38,857 nt of DNA, from IMG/VR virus record IMGVR_UViG_3300004151_000005, positions 1-38,857 of that record, one strand, 5' to 3'. How positions within the stretch are numbered: position 1 is the first letter of the stretch; each line of letters starts with the position of its first letter. The position numbers and the translations under genes were made by a program. The notes beneath the pieces were generated by a model, which saw nothing but the letters and a program-made list of their open reading frames with translations, was not told where the DNA came from and ran no database searches. The stretch comes from a virus. Lineage: Duplodnaviria > Caudoviricetes. Shown one piece after another: positions 1-8,570 of the stretch.

Positions 1-60
1 CTCTGTGCTGGTGATGTAGCTCTACCATTTATGCCTAAGAGTTTTGAAGAAGAATTAAGA
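1..60. repeat. 60-bp direct terminal repeat (left copy); circular-assembly overlap
   Basis: Identical to 38798-38857; lies inside a CDS that continues in frame across the join. Confidence 0.95.
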
Positions 61-390
61 ACTTGTAGACGTTATACTTTTGCATACTTTTGTGCTTCTG
101 AACTAGACCCAATCGGTGCTGGTTTGTGTGATACAACTACAAGAGCTTTTTTTGTTGTTCCTCATAAAGGTATGAGAATCTCACCAACACTAACAGCAAC
201 GGCTAGTGACTGGGTTATAAAACAAGCTGGAGGTTCAATAGATGTAACTGCCATAGCCATTGGCTATGGACAACCAGACGCAAGTGCTATTTATGCAGAT
301 GTTGGTTCTGGACTTACAGCTGGACACGGAGCGTTTTTAGGTGCTGATGCAACAGGTAATAGATTATTATTGCTAGAATCTGAATTATAA
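1..390 (+). CDS. C-terminal part of tail fibre protein that starts at 37913 (424 aa across the circular join)
   Basis: Frame 1 is open from base 1 (LCAGDVALPFMPKSFEEELRTCRRY...); 37913-38797 is 295 codons in the same frame; VQL...EL..C.RY motif typical of phage fibre domains. Confidence 0.8.
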   Translation, partial: LCAGDVALPFMPKSFEEELRTCRRYTFAYFCASELDPIGAGLCDTTTRAFFVVPHKGMRISPTLTATASDWVIKQAGGSIDVTAIAIGYGQPDASAIYADVGSGLTAGHGAFLGADATGNRLLLLESEL

Positions 391-423
391 ATCTATGAAT
401 AAATTATTTATTAAAAACAAAAT

Positions 424-1698
424 ATGACTTGGACGGTAGGTGATATTTCATTAAGTGAAACACTAACAGATAACGACCATTTGTATCCAATTCATATAAA
501 TGAGTTGAGAACCTCTGTTGATACTTTAGAAACTTCAACAAGTGATTTGGAAACTACTGTTGATACTTTAGAGGACAAATCTTTAAACATAAGCGTTTAT
601 AATGTTAAAGATTATGGTGCTATTGGTGATGGTACAACTGATGATACTACTGCAATAGATAATGCTTTAACAGCAATAGCCGATTCTACTTCCCATTCTG
701 GAATACTATATTTTCCATCTGGTATTTATAGAAGAACAACAGTAATTGCTATTGTTGCGACTACAAGTCATGTAAATATAATTGGTGATGGAATGAATTT
801 ATCTCAGATTAAAATTGATGCTGATGTTAATGGAATAACGGTAGATAACTCAAGTACATCTGATAAATGTTTCACAATGAGAGATATTTCATTATCCACT
901 ACTCAAACTTCTGCTGATAAAGTAGCTCTTACACTAACAGGTCATGATTCACAAGAAACTAGTTTTGTTATAGAAAGAGTTAATTTTAAAGGTAGTGATT
1001 TATACCCTACAACTAAGTATTGGAATACTGGAATTAAATGTATTAATGCTTTTTATACTGATATTAGATCTTGTTGGTTTCAAGGAGTTCAATCAGATAG
1101 AACATTATCTAAATATGGTGTTTTATTAACCGGAACAAGTACAAATGTTAAATTAATAGGTAATAATTATTATTTTCTTGATTGTGGTATTGATAATATA
1201 TCTGGAAGTGGAAGTGAAGGAATTACTATTACTAATTCACATTTTGTTCAAGTTTCTTCTGGTTGTATATGGACTGCTAATGGTAATTTATTACATTTTG
1301 AAGGTAATCACGTTGAAGCAAGTGAATATGGGGTAAATATAAATACTGGTGGGAATACTTGGGGTAGATTTTCTTCAATTGCAAATAATTTCTTCTTATT
1401 AACTGGTTCTGAGGCTACAAAAATAGGAATTATAACTGATGCTAATTATACGACAATAACTGGTAATTCAGTTTTAGTAGAAGCTGCTGCTACTGGTTCT
1501 AGATATGGAATAGTTTTGGCTGATGATGCTGATTACTGTTCTGTAACTGGAAATATTTTAGTTAATTGTGCTAATGTTGGTTTATGGGTTCAAACTAGTG
1601 CAACCGGAAATAGTGTAGTTGGAAATACTGGTGAACTTAATGGAACTAATTTTACTGATGATGGTACTGGTACGCTTAAATCAGCTAATTTTACATAA
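424..1698 (+). CDS. tailspike / pectate-lyase-like right-handed beta-helix receptor-binding protein
   Basis: YNVKDYGAIGDGTTDDTTAIDNAL...LYFPSGIY motif, N/G/T-rich beta-helix repeats, N-terminal coiled coil. Confidence 0.85.
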   Translation: MTWTVGDISLSETLTDNDHLYPIHINELRTSVDTLETSTSDLETTVDTLEDKSLNISVYNVKDYGAIGDGTTDDTTAIDNALTAIADSTSHSGILYFPSGIYRRTTVIAIVATTSHVNIIGDGMNLSQIKIDADVNGITVDNSSTSDKCFTMRDISLSTTQTSADKVALTLTGHDSQETSFVIERVNFKGSDLYPTTKYWNTGIKCINAFYTDIRSCWFQGVQSDRTLSKYGVLLTGTSTNVKLIGNNYYFLDCGIDNISGSGSEGITITNSHFVQVSSGCIWTANGNLLHFEGNHVEASEYGVNINTGGNTWGRFSSIANNFFLLTGSEATKIGIITDANYTTITGNSVLVEAAATGSRYGIVLADDADYCSVTGNILVNCANVGLWVQTSATGNSVVGNTGELNGTNFTDDGTGTLKSANFT

Positions 1699-1823
1699 TA
1701 TGAAAAAAATAATAAATTGGATTAAACAATTATTTACTCTTAATTGCGATGAATCACATCCTAATAATTATTTATAAATAATGAAAAAGTCTTAATACAA
1801 TAAGACATTAAACAAACAATACA

Positions 1824-2858
1824 ATGGCATACTATCTAAAACTAGAAACAGGTGATTATTTACTCCAAGAAAATGGAGATAAAATCATTCTTGATGGATA
1901 TGAACAATATACAATCACTAAAGACCTTTCTTATAAAGTAAAATCAACCCAAACAGTATCTAAAGGATTAACTTATAGTATAAAAACTACAAGTATAGTA
2001 ACTAAAGACTTAGCATATAAAGTTTCTTATACTTCAACTATATCTAAAGGACTTAGTTACGAAGTAAATGCTTTATCAATAATAAGTAAAGATTTAGGAT
2101 ACAAAGTTAAATCTACACATTCAATAAGTAAAGATTTAGGATACAAAGTTAATACTAATTCAAATATTTCTAAAGATTTAGAATATAAAGTATTAGTAAG
2201 TAATACAATAAGTAAAGATATTTCCTATAAAGTAAAACACGTTGGAAGTATCTCTAAAGATTTATTGTATAAAATTATTATTCCTAGAGTTATTACTAAA
2301 GATTTAACATACGATGTTTATGTAGCACCACCAGCTGATTATCTTTTACAAGAGAACGGAGATTATCTCTTACAAGAGAACGGAGATAAAATAATTATTG
2401 AAGGAAATAATAGAGAACATAAAATAAATAACTCTCTAAAATATTCTATTATAATTCATGGAAGTCCTAGAGTTTGTTATGGAGATAATCCTGAATATGG
2501 GACACATCCTTGTTATGGGCCGGTAAATCTTATTGATAAAACTCTTCAATATTATGTACGAACTCTACCACCACCAATTGTAAATAATTTAGAATATGTT
2601 GTTTTAAATACTAGAGTTATTTCTAAAGGATTAACTTATTCTGTTGTATCTAAAAAAGGTTTTCAAGAAATATATCCTGATAAGTTTACGGAATATGCTT
2701 ATAAATATGTTACTAAAGGAACTTCTTTTAATACTAAGTATTCAGATAAAACAACTGTTTATAATGAAAAATATTCTACTAAAGGTACATCATTTGGAAC
2801 TAAATATGTTGATAAATCAACTTCATTTACTAATTTATACGAAGAGAAACACCCATAA
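1824..2858 (+). CDS. repeat-rich virion structural (fibre-like) protein
   Basis: About ten 14-aa ISKDLxYKV repeats, three YLLQENGD motifs, C-terminal TKGTSFxTKY repeats; located in the tail module. Confidence 0.6.
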   Translation: MAYYLKLETGDYLLQENGDKIILDGYEQYTITKDLSYKVKSTQTVSKGLTYSIKTTSIVTKDLAYKVSYTSTISKGLSYEVNALSIISKDLGYKVKSTHSISKDLGYKVNTNSNISKDLEYKVLVSNTISKDISYKVKHVGSISKDLLYKIIIPRVITKDLTYDVYVAPPADYLLQENGDYLLQENGDKIIIEGNNREHKINNSLKYSIIIHGSPRVCYGDNPEYGTHPCYGPVNLIDKTLQYYVRTLPPPIVNNLEYVVLNTRVISKGLTYSVVSKKGFQEIYPDKFTEYAYKYVTKGTSFNTKYSDKTTVYNEKYSTKGTSFGTKYVDKSTSFTNLYEEKHP

Positions 2859-2871
2859 CGTGTTATATTCC
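2859..2871 (+). promoter_or_regulatory. putative late promoter motif (CGTGTTATATTCC), copy 1
   Basis: Same motif found at 7 late-gene boundaries; TGnTATATT extended -10 form. Confidence 0.65.
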
Positions 2872-2879
2872 TATTAACT

Positions 2880-4628
2880 ATGGCTAGATATACAATTTCA
2901 AGTTTTCGTACACTTTCAGACTATCGTAATAAAGGAATTGCTGGTTGGTTTAAGACTGGTAGTTCTAATATGAATGTTAGAGGTGATGATGATGTAATAA
3001 CTTCCAATCAAGCATTAAAATTAGAAAGTACTACTGCGGTTGTTGGATTAATAAGATGGTTTATTAATTGCACTGATGGTAATACTTATGGTTTTGACCA
3101 TTTAGGTAATATTTATAAACGAACTTCTAGTGCTGTATGGTCTAAAGTCTATACCGATGCTGATGGAGCGATTACAGGGGCTTGTGAGTGGTCTAGTGTA
3201 GATGGAAAGAAGTATTTATATTGGACTACTGCAACTAAATTACATCGTAAATTACTAACCCCTGATACTAATTGGACTACAGATGTTGATACTACACTTA
3301 CTAGTGTTGCTTCTACTTCTACTTTGACTGTTAGTGGTTCAGTAGTAAATAATTCTACTGTTACTATTGGTGCTAAAACATATAAATTTAAAACAACTCT
3401 ATCTTCTAGCCCAACTGTACCAAACGAAGTTTTAATTGGTGCTAATGCTGAAGCTAGTATTGATAATTTAGTTCTTGCTATTACTCATGGAGCTACAGAG
3501 GGTACTAATTACTCTACTGGAACTGTGGCTAGTACAGAAGTAACCGCTGTCAAGGCTACTGCCGCAACAATGACCGTTACCGCCCTAACTGCTGGAACTA
3601 ATGGAAACTATTTTTATACTGCTACTAGTGGAAACTATCTATCTTTTCCCGGAGTTAGAATGACTGGTGGAGTTTCTTATTCCACTTGGCCTAAAATTAA
3701 TTTAACTTCTCAAACTTGGCATACTATGACAGTGGCAGATGGTGGGTTAAATATTTGTAATGGAGATAAACTAGCTTATGTAGGTTTTGATGACTCTTAT
3801 ACTAATGAATCTGTACAATTAATCCCCGGAACTGTTTCTAAATCACTAATTGAATATCAAGGACGTTATGTATTAATCGGTGGTGGTAATAATATAGATA
3901 ATTCCTATTTAAACACTTGGACTACTACTGCTTTGTCTTGGATAGATAAACTTCGTATTCCATTCTCACAAATTAATGCCATGATTAATTCTGAAATGTT
4001 ATTAATGCACTGTGGAGCTAATAAACTCTATTTTGCTAATTTAGTTGATAAAGTACCAGTTCTTAATATGGACGGTATGTGTAATCCCGGTGGTGTGTGC
4101 GATCAAGATGGTTTAGCATTATTTGGAATTTATGGTGGTTCATTATCTGGTATCTATTCTTATGGACGTACTAAGAAAAATGAAACTTATTCTTATAACT
4201 TAGAATATTATATTGATGCTGATGAGATAGGAGCTATTATTAACCTTGGAAGTAATATTTTAGTTAGTTATAAAAAAGGAACTACTTATAGTGTGGCTAC
4301 AATAGACACCACTACAAAGGCTACAGCAACTTATATTTCACCAGACCTTAAAAGTCCTTACGGTCGTTCACAAATGGCTAACTGGGCTACTGTAGAATTA
4401 ATAACTGATGATATTCCAACTGGTTGTTCAATCGCTTGTTACTATAAACTTAAACACGAAACTTCTTGGACACAAGCTACTATTGCTGAAAATGTTTTAA
4501 CTGCTACTACTGGTTCAAATCCAGTGTTTAGATGTAATACACTCGGAAAAATATTTGAATTTAAAATAGTATTAACTCCAAGTGGAAATACTTGCCCAAT
4601 AGTTCACGAAATATTTATTAATCTATAA
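2880..4628 (+). CDS. tail nozzle / DNA-stabilisation-like protein (P22 gp10 / T7 gp12-type beta-propeller)
   Basis: Size, beta-rich sequence, C-terminal FEFKIVL...P.V.EI strand pattern, synteny; carries an inserted domain at about 3300-3670. Confidence 0.6.
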   Translation: MARYTISSFRTLSDYRNKGIAGWFKTGSSNMNVRGDDDVITSNQALKLESTTAVVGLIRWFINCTDGNTYGFDHLGNIYKRTSSAVWSKVYTDADGAITGACEWSSVDGKKYLYWTTATKLHRKLLTPDTNWTTDVDTTLTSVASTSTLTVSGSVVNNSTVTIGAKTYKFKTTLSSSPTVPNEVLIGANAEASIDNLVLAITHGATEGTNYSTGTVASTEVTAVKATAATMTVTALTAGTNGNYFYTATSGNYLSFPGVRMTGGVSYSTWPKINLTSQTWHTMTVADGGLNICNGDKLAYVGFDDSYTNESVQLIPGTVSKSLIEYQGRYVLIGGGNNIDNSYLNTWTTTALSWIDKLRIPFSQINAMINSEMLLMHCGANKLYFANLVDKVPVLNMDGMCNPGGVCDQDGLALFGIYGGSLSGIYSYGRTKKNETYSYNLEYYIDADEIGAIINLGSNILVSYKKGTTYSVATIDTTTKATATYISPDLKSPYGRSQMANWATVELITDDIPTGCSIACYYKLKHETSWTQATIAENVLTATTGSNPVFRCNTLGKIFEFKIVLTPSGNTCPIVHEIFINL

Positions 4629-5102
4629 ATGGATTTAAACAATTTAAAACCAGATACAATTAAACCTGTAGAATTTCCTAGTTCATCAGAAACTGAAGGA
4701 AGTACTACTACTGGTGATTCTAGTTTAGATAACCTAACAGCAGAACAATCTAGTGGTTGGAACTTTCCTACTTCTACTATTGCTAGAACTGTAATAGCAG
4801 ATTCTCTAAATACTCAAAATAAAAGAATACTTGGAGAATTTCAATTTGGTAAATCTGGAGCTATTAAAATAGGTGATAAAGAAAAAGGAGAGGGTGAAGT
4901 TGCTATAAGCCCTGATGGTATAACTGCTACTAATAAAGCTGGAGAAAATACCTTTACACTAGATGGAACTACTGGAGATGCTACTTTTAAGGGAACTTTG
5001 GCTGCTGGTGCTATTATTGCTAACAATCGTGTTTATATAACAGATAAAGGAATAATAGTTAATGATGGTACTAATGATAGAATCATCATAGGAGAATGGT
5101 AA
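4629..5102 (+). CDS. tail protein (needle/fibre-like)
   Basis: FTLDGTTGDATFKGTL and VNDGTNDRIIIG motifs typical of phage tail beta-repeat proteins. Confidence 0.55.
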   Translation: MDLNNLKPDTIKPVEFPSSSETEGSTTTGDSSLDNLTAEQSSGWNFPTSTIARTVIADSLNTQNKRILGEFQFGKSGAIKIGDKEKGEGEVAISPDGITATNKAGENTFTLDGTTGDATFKGTLAAGAIIANNRVYITDKGIIVNDGTNDRIIIGEW

Positions 5103-5103
5103 T

Positions 5104-5439
5104 ATGACTTGGGGAATAAAAGTATCACCACCTGGAGTAGATGTTAAATCATGTCCAGACGATCAGTTAGTTTTTAGTAGTGAATTTAATACTCTTAAAA
5201 CTTTTGGTAGTCAATTAATGACTGTTAATGGAACTTATTATACTCATAATTTAGGTTATATACCGATACATTTATATGCTGGATATTTAACTGTTAAAAA
5301 TACAAAAATAGGATTTGTTGGTCAAAATACTTCAGCTAATTTAACTAATGTAATAGCAACTACTACAACTATTACTAATGATAATAATGCTGAATGGGCA
5401 GCAAATGCTTTAGTTTATGTGTTTTATGATGAATTATGA
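5104..5439 (+). CDS. small tail-tip protein, paralog 1
   Basis: N-terminal GIKVS..G.DV...LVFSSE..TLK and HNLGYIP motifs shared with the next two ORFs. Confidence 0.55.
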   Translation: MTWGIKVSPPGVDVKSCPDDQLVFSSEFNTLKTFGSQLMTVNGTYYTHNLGYIPIHLYAGYLTVKNTKIGFVGQNTSANLTNVIATTTTITNDNNAEWAANALVYVFYDEL

Positions 5440-5831
5440 CAATAGGAATTAAGGTATCACCTTCTGGTAAAGATGTTAAAACAGCAACTAATAAAGAATT
5501 AATTTTAAATTCTGAATTAGGAACTATAAAGTTTTTAAAATGGGGAACAAATACTATATCAGTAAATGCTTCGTCAAATGCAACTGTAACTATAAGTCAT
5601 GATGCTGGTTTTTTCCCAATTCCTTTAATATATTCAGAATTAACACCCGGAAGTGGTAGATGGTATGCTAAACCATTTAATTATATTAGTACAGAAGATA
5701 CATATATTGATGGTAATTTAGATAATACTTATGCTAATACATCTAATTTAGTATTTAAAGTAATTAATAATACTGGAAGTTCAAAAACAGTTAGTTGTTA
5801 TTATTATGTAATAGGAGAAACAGGAAAATGA
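5436..5831 (+). CDS. small tail-tip protein, paralog 2
   Basis: GIKVSPSGKDV...LILNSE; ATGA overlaps at both ends. Confidence 0.55.
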   Translation: MTIGIKVSPSGKDVKTATNKELILNSELGTIKFLKWGTNTISVNASSNATVTISHDAGFFPIPLIYSELTPGSGRWYAKPFNYISTEDTYIDGNLDNTYANTSNLVFKVINNTGSSKTVSCYYYVIGETGK

Positions 5832-6670
5832 AGACCGGAATAAAAGTAACTAAAGCAACTAAAGATATTTCATCAACTGATATTCGTGATTTTATTTTAC
5901 ACTCCGAATATCCAATGTTTAAAATACATGAAGTTTCCAGTGGTTCTATTACTATTAATGCTGGTGAATCTAGTGGAACAACTACTATTAATCATAGTTT
6001 AGGTTATGTACCAGCATTTTTAGTTTATGAAAACAATAGTCTTTTCCCTAGTAATATTGATTGCTATGCTACTAATACTGGAATAACAATAACTAATAGA
6101 TTAAATGAGCCTTATAATCAAACAACTTACGATTATAATGATTGGTTATATTATTATGCTGGTGGTTTACCAGATGCTGGAATAATAACTGGTAATTTAT
6201 TTGGAAGTAATTATGATTCATTTGTTAGGTTTGTAGGTATTAATATCAATCAAGGTCAAATAATAACTTCAGCTAATTTTGAATTTACAAATGTTAGAAC
6301 TACAACTGGAAGTGATATTAAATTTAGAACCTATGGAATAGATGAAGATAATACTGCTGATTATGGTGGTGATCCTTCGGGAAGACCTTTAACATCTACA
6401 TATAATCAAAAAACACAATCTCCAAATAGTAATTATTTTAATTTTAGTGATAATTGGACTAATCAATTTCAAGAAATAGTTGATAGACCTGGTTGGTCTA
6501 ATGGAAATGCTATGGGTTTTAAGTTCCAACAAGATGGAACTACTGATAATCATATTATGTATTTTGATAAAGGTTCTAGTAATTATAATTTAACTTTGAA
6601 AGTAACACTTCCTGGTTCTTTAACAACTAATTATAAAATAGTTATCTTCAAAGATAAAATACATTCTTAG
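5828..6670 (+). CDS. tail-tip protein, paralog 3, with inserted carbohydrate-binding-like beta-sandwich
   Basis: MKTGIKVTK...HSLGYVPAF; ATG at 5828 overlaps the upstream TGA, so preferred over 5795. Confidence 0.55.
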   Translation: MKTGIKVTKATKDISSTDIRDFILHSEYPMFKIHEVSSGSITINAGESSGTTTINHSLGYVPAFLVYENNSLFPSNIDCYATNTGITITNRLNEPYNQTTYDYNDWLYYYAGGLPDAGIITGNLFGSNYDSFVRFVGININQGQIITSANFEFTNVRTTTGSDIKFRTYGIDEDNTADYGGDPSGRPLTSTYNQKTQSPNSNYFNFSDNWTNQFQEIVDRPGWSNGNAMGFKFQQDGTTDNHIMYFDKGSSNYNLTLKVTLPGSLTTNYKIVIFKDKIHS

Positions 6671-6671
6671 G

Positions 6672-6684
6672 TGTGTTATATTCC
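6672..6684 (+). promoter_or_regulatory. putative late promoter motif (TGTGTTATATTCC), copy 2
   Basis: Immediately after the stop at 6670. Confidence 0.65.
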
Positions 6685-6722
6685 AAGCAGTTAAATAATA
6701 TAAACAAAAATTAATTATAAAT

Positions 6723-7367
6723 ATGGAATTGCGATCGGAAATTATAGCATTTGTACAAAGAAAACTACTTGCGGGTAATAACTCTAGTTATTTTAGTGAA
6801 ACTGCGATTGAAGCAGCTATAAATGATAACTACATTCTAGTTGCTAGTATGAAACCTTGGGATAAGAAAGAAAAAGGTTTTATATTCTCTACAGTCGCAG
6901 ATTATTACTATGACATGCCATCTAATTTAGCTACTGGTTCTACTTTTAAACTAGAAATAGATGATGAACAGTATTCTAAAATAAACTTTGAAGAATTTTT
7001 AAGAGTTAAAGATGAAGCAACTTCTACTGAAAAATACTTTGCTGAATATGGTAGACAATTCTTTGTATATCCAGCTACTACAGTTGGAACTAATAATGCT
7101 ACTATCTGGGGTGTAATACAAGCCGCTACTTTAACTGGTGATACTGATCCTACAATGTTTTCTTATTCAGAAGCTCAATTAAACATGGCTATAGGTGAAT
7201 TAACTTATGCTGATATGATTCAACCTATTAATTCAGGTGAAGCAGATAAAGCTCAAACTAGAGCTAAATTAATCATTGATACAACTTGGCAAAAAATGGC
7301 TGAACGTTCACAACGTGAAGCTATGGTAGATAGACCAATGTTTGAAATTACAGATTTTTATATATAA
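6723..7367 (+). CDS. head-tail adaptor / tail tubular protein A-like
   Basis: Helical N-terminus (AIEAAINDNY...W), YYDMPS and FVYP motifs, about 210 aa, typical of podophage adaptors. Confidence 0.6.
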   Translation: MELRSEIIAFVQRKLLAGNNSSYFSETAIEAAINDNYILVASMKPWDKKEKGFIFSTVADYYYDMPSNLATGSTFKLEIDDEQYSKINFEEFLRVKDEATSTEKYFAEYGRQFFVYPATTVGTNNATIWGVIQAATLTGDTDPTMFSYSEAQLNMAIGELTYADMIQPINSGEADKAQTRAKLIIDTTWQKMAERSQREAMVDRPMFEITDFYI

Positions 7368-7369
7368 AT

Positions 7370-8560
7370 ATGGCATTAACACGAGAACAATCAATTCAAA
7401 AATATGGAACAGAACAATATACTGCTTGGGGTGAAAATGAAGCTCAACAAGATGCTGCTGCTAAAGGTTTAACTGCTAAAAAAACAACTGTAACTACTCC
7501 TAGTGCTAGTGTTACAACTCCTACTGCTACTCCATCATTTAATAATGCAAGTTTAAATAATATTGGTAATGTTACTAGAACAACACAAGAAGCTACTGGT
7601 GGATTTGGTAGTGTTCAAGACTTAATCAATGCTGGATATGGTGGTTATACTGGGTGGGGTGAAGCAGAAGCCTTAGCTGATTTTAAAGCAACAGGTGGTT
7701 CAGGTAAAAAAACAGGTGGTAATGGTAATTCAGGAACTCCATCAATAAATTTAACTGATGAATATAATAATTTAGTTGATTCTTCTGGTATATCTGGACT
7801 TGAAACTAATGTAAATTCTATTGAATCACAAATTAATCAAATGACCTCTGAAGCTGCTGATGCTAAATCTAAAGTAAATGAAAATCCTTGGATAAGTGAA
7901 TCTAGTCGTATAGGTCGTATTGCTAAAATAGATGAGAAACTACAAAATGCTATTGCTCCACTTCAAAAAGATATATCTAATTTAAATAATCAAATTAATA
8001 CTAAACAAACTGAAATATCAAATAAACTTAATTTAAAAACTCAACAATATAATATAGATATCGCTAAAGATGCTGCTAATCTAAGTAATTTTAATTCATT
8101 GTTAAGTTCTGGTGCTTTAGTTAATGCTACGGCTGCAGATATTGCTGCTTTAGCTCAACAAACTGGTTTAGCTCCATCTTTTATCCAAAGTGCTATAAAT
8201 GCTGCTAAACAATCTTCTAATCCAGTAAGTACAGGTACTTATACAGATGCAGAAGGTAATTTAGTTGTCTATACAATAGATTCTACTGGTAAAGTAATTA
8301 ATTCTACTAAAGTTGGTAAAGTACAAGCTACTTCAACTGGTGGAAGTTCAGCTACTAAGTCTGCTGAAGAACAACAAAATAAGGAAACAATGATTCAAGA
8401 TATTCAAAACGGTGCAAGTCTTAGACAGTTAATTTCTTACTACAATGCTATTGGTGGTTTAGATGTTACTGATATTTATAATTTATATAACCAGTATTCT
8501 AGTTTTGGTAGAGCTACTGAAACACTAGAAGACGTAAAAGCTGGAATCTTTAATGATTAA
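7370..8560 (+). CDS. internal virion / ejection protein 1
   Basis: Low-complexity T/G/S/N-rich with central coiled coil, Cys-free, follows the adaptor. Confidence 0.55.
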   Translation: MALTREQSIQKYGTEQYTAWGENEAQQDAAAKGLTAKKTTVTTPSASVTTPTATPSFNNASLNNIGNVTRTTQEATGGFGSVQDLINAGYGGYTGWGEAEALADFKATGGSGKKTGGNGNSGTPSINLTDEYNNLVDSSGISGLETNVNSIESQINQMTSEAADAKSKVNENPWISESSRIGRIAKIDEKLQNAIAPLQKDISNLNNQINTKQTEISNKLNLKTQQYNIDIAKDAANLSNFNSLLSSGALVNATAADIAALAQQTGLAPSFIQSAINAAKQSSNPVSTGTYTDAEGNLVVYTIDSTGKVINSTKVGKVQATSTGGSSATKSAEEQQNKETMIQDIQNGASLRQLISYYNAIGGLDVTDIYNLYNQYSSFGRATETLEDVKAGIFND

Positions 8561-8570
8561 GGAGGTTTAA

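Noticed and set aside
1-60. Biological terminal repeat of the virion DNA
   Set aside because: Falls mid-CDS, far from terS; most simply an assembler overlap on a circular contig
1900-2400. CRISPR array or DGR template/variable repeat
   Set aside because: Repeats are in-frame coding units; no cas genes, no reverse transcriptase, no adenine-specific mismatches
3423-3485. DGR TR/VR pair with 36621-36683
   Set aside because: Both copies are coding, mismatches are not confined to adenines, and no RT is present
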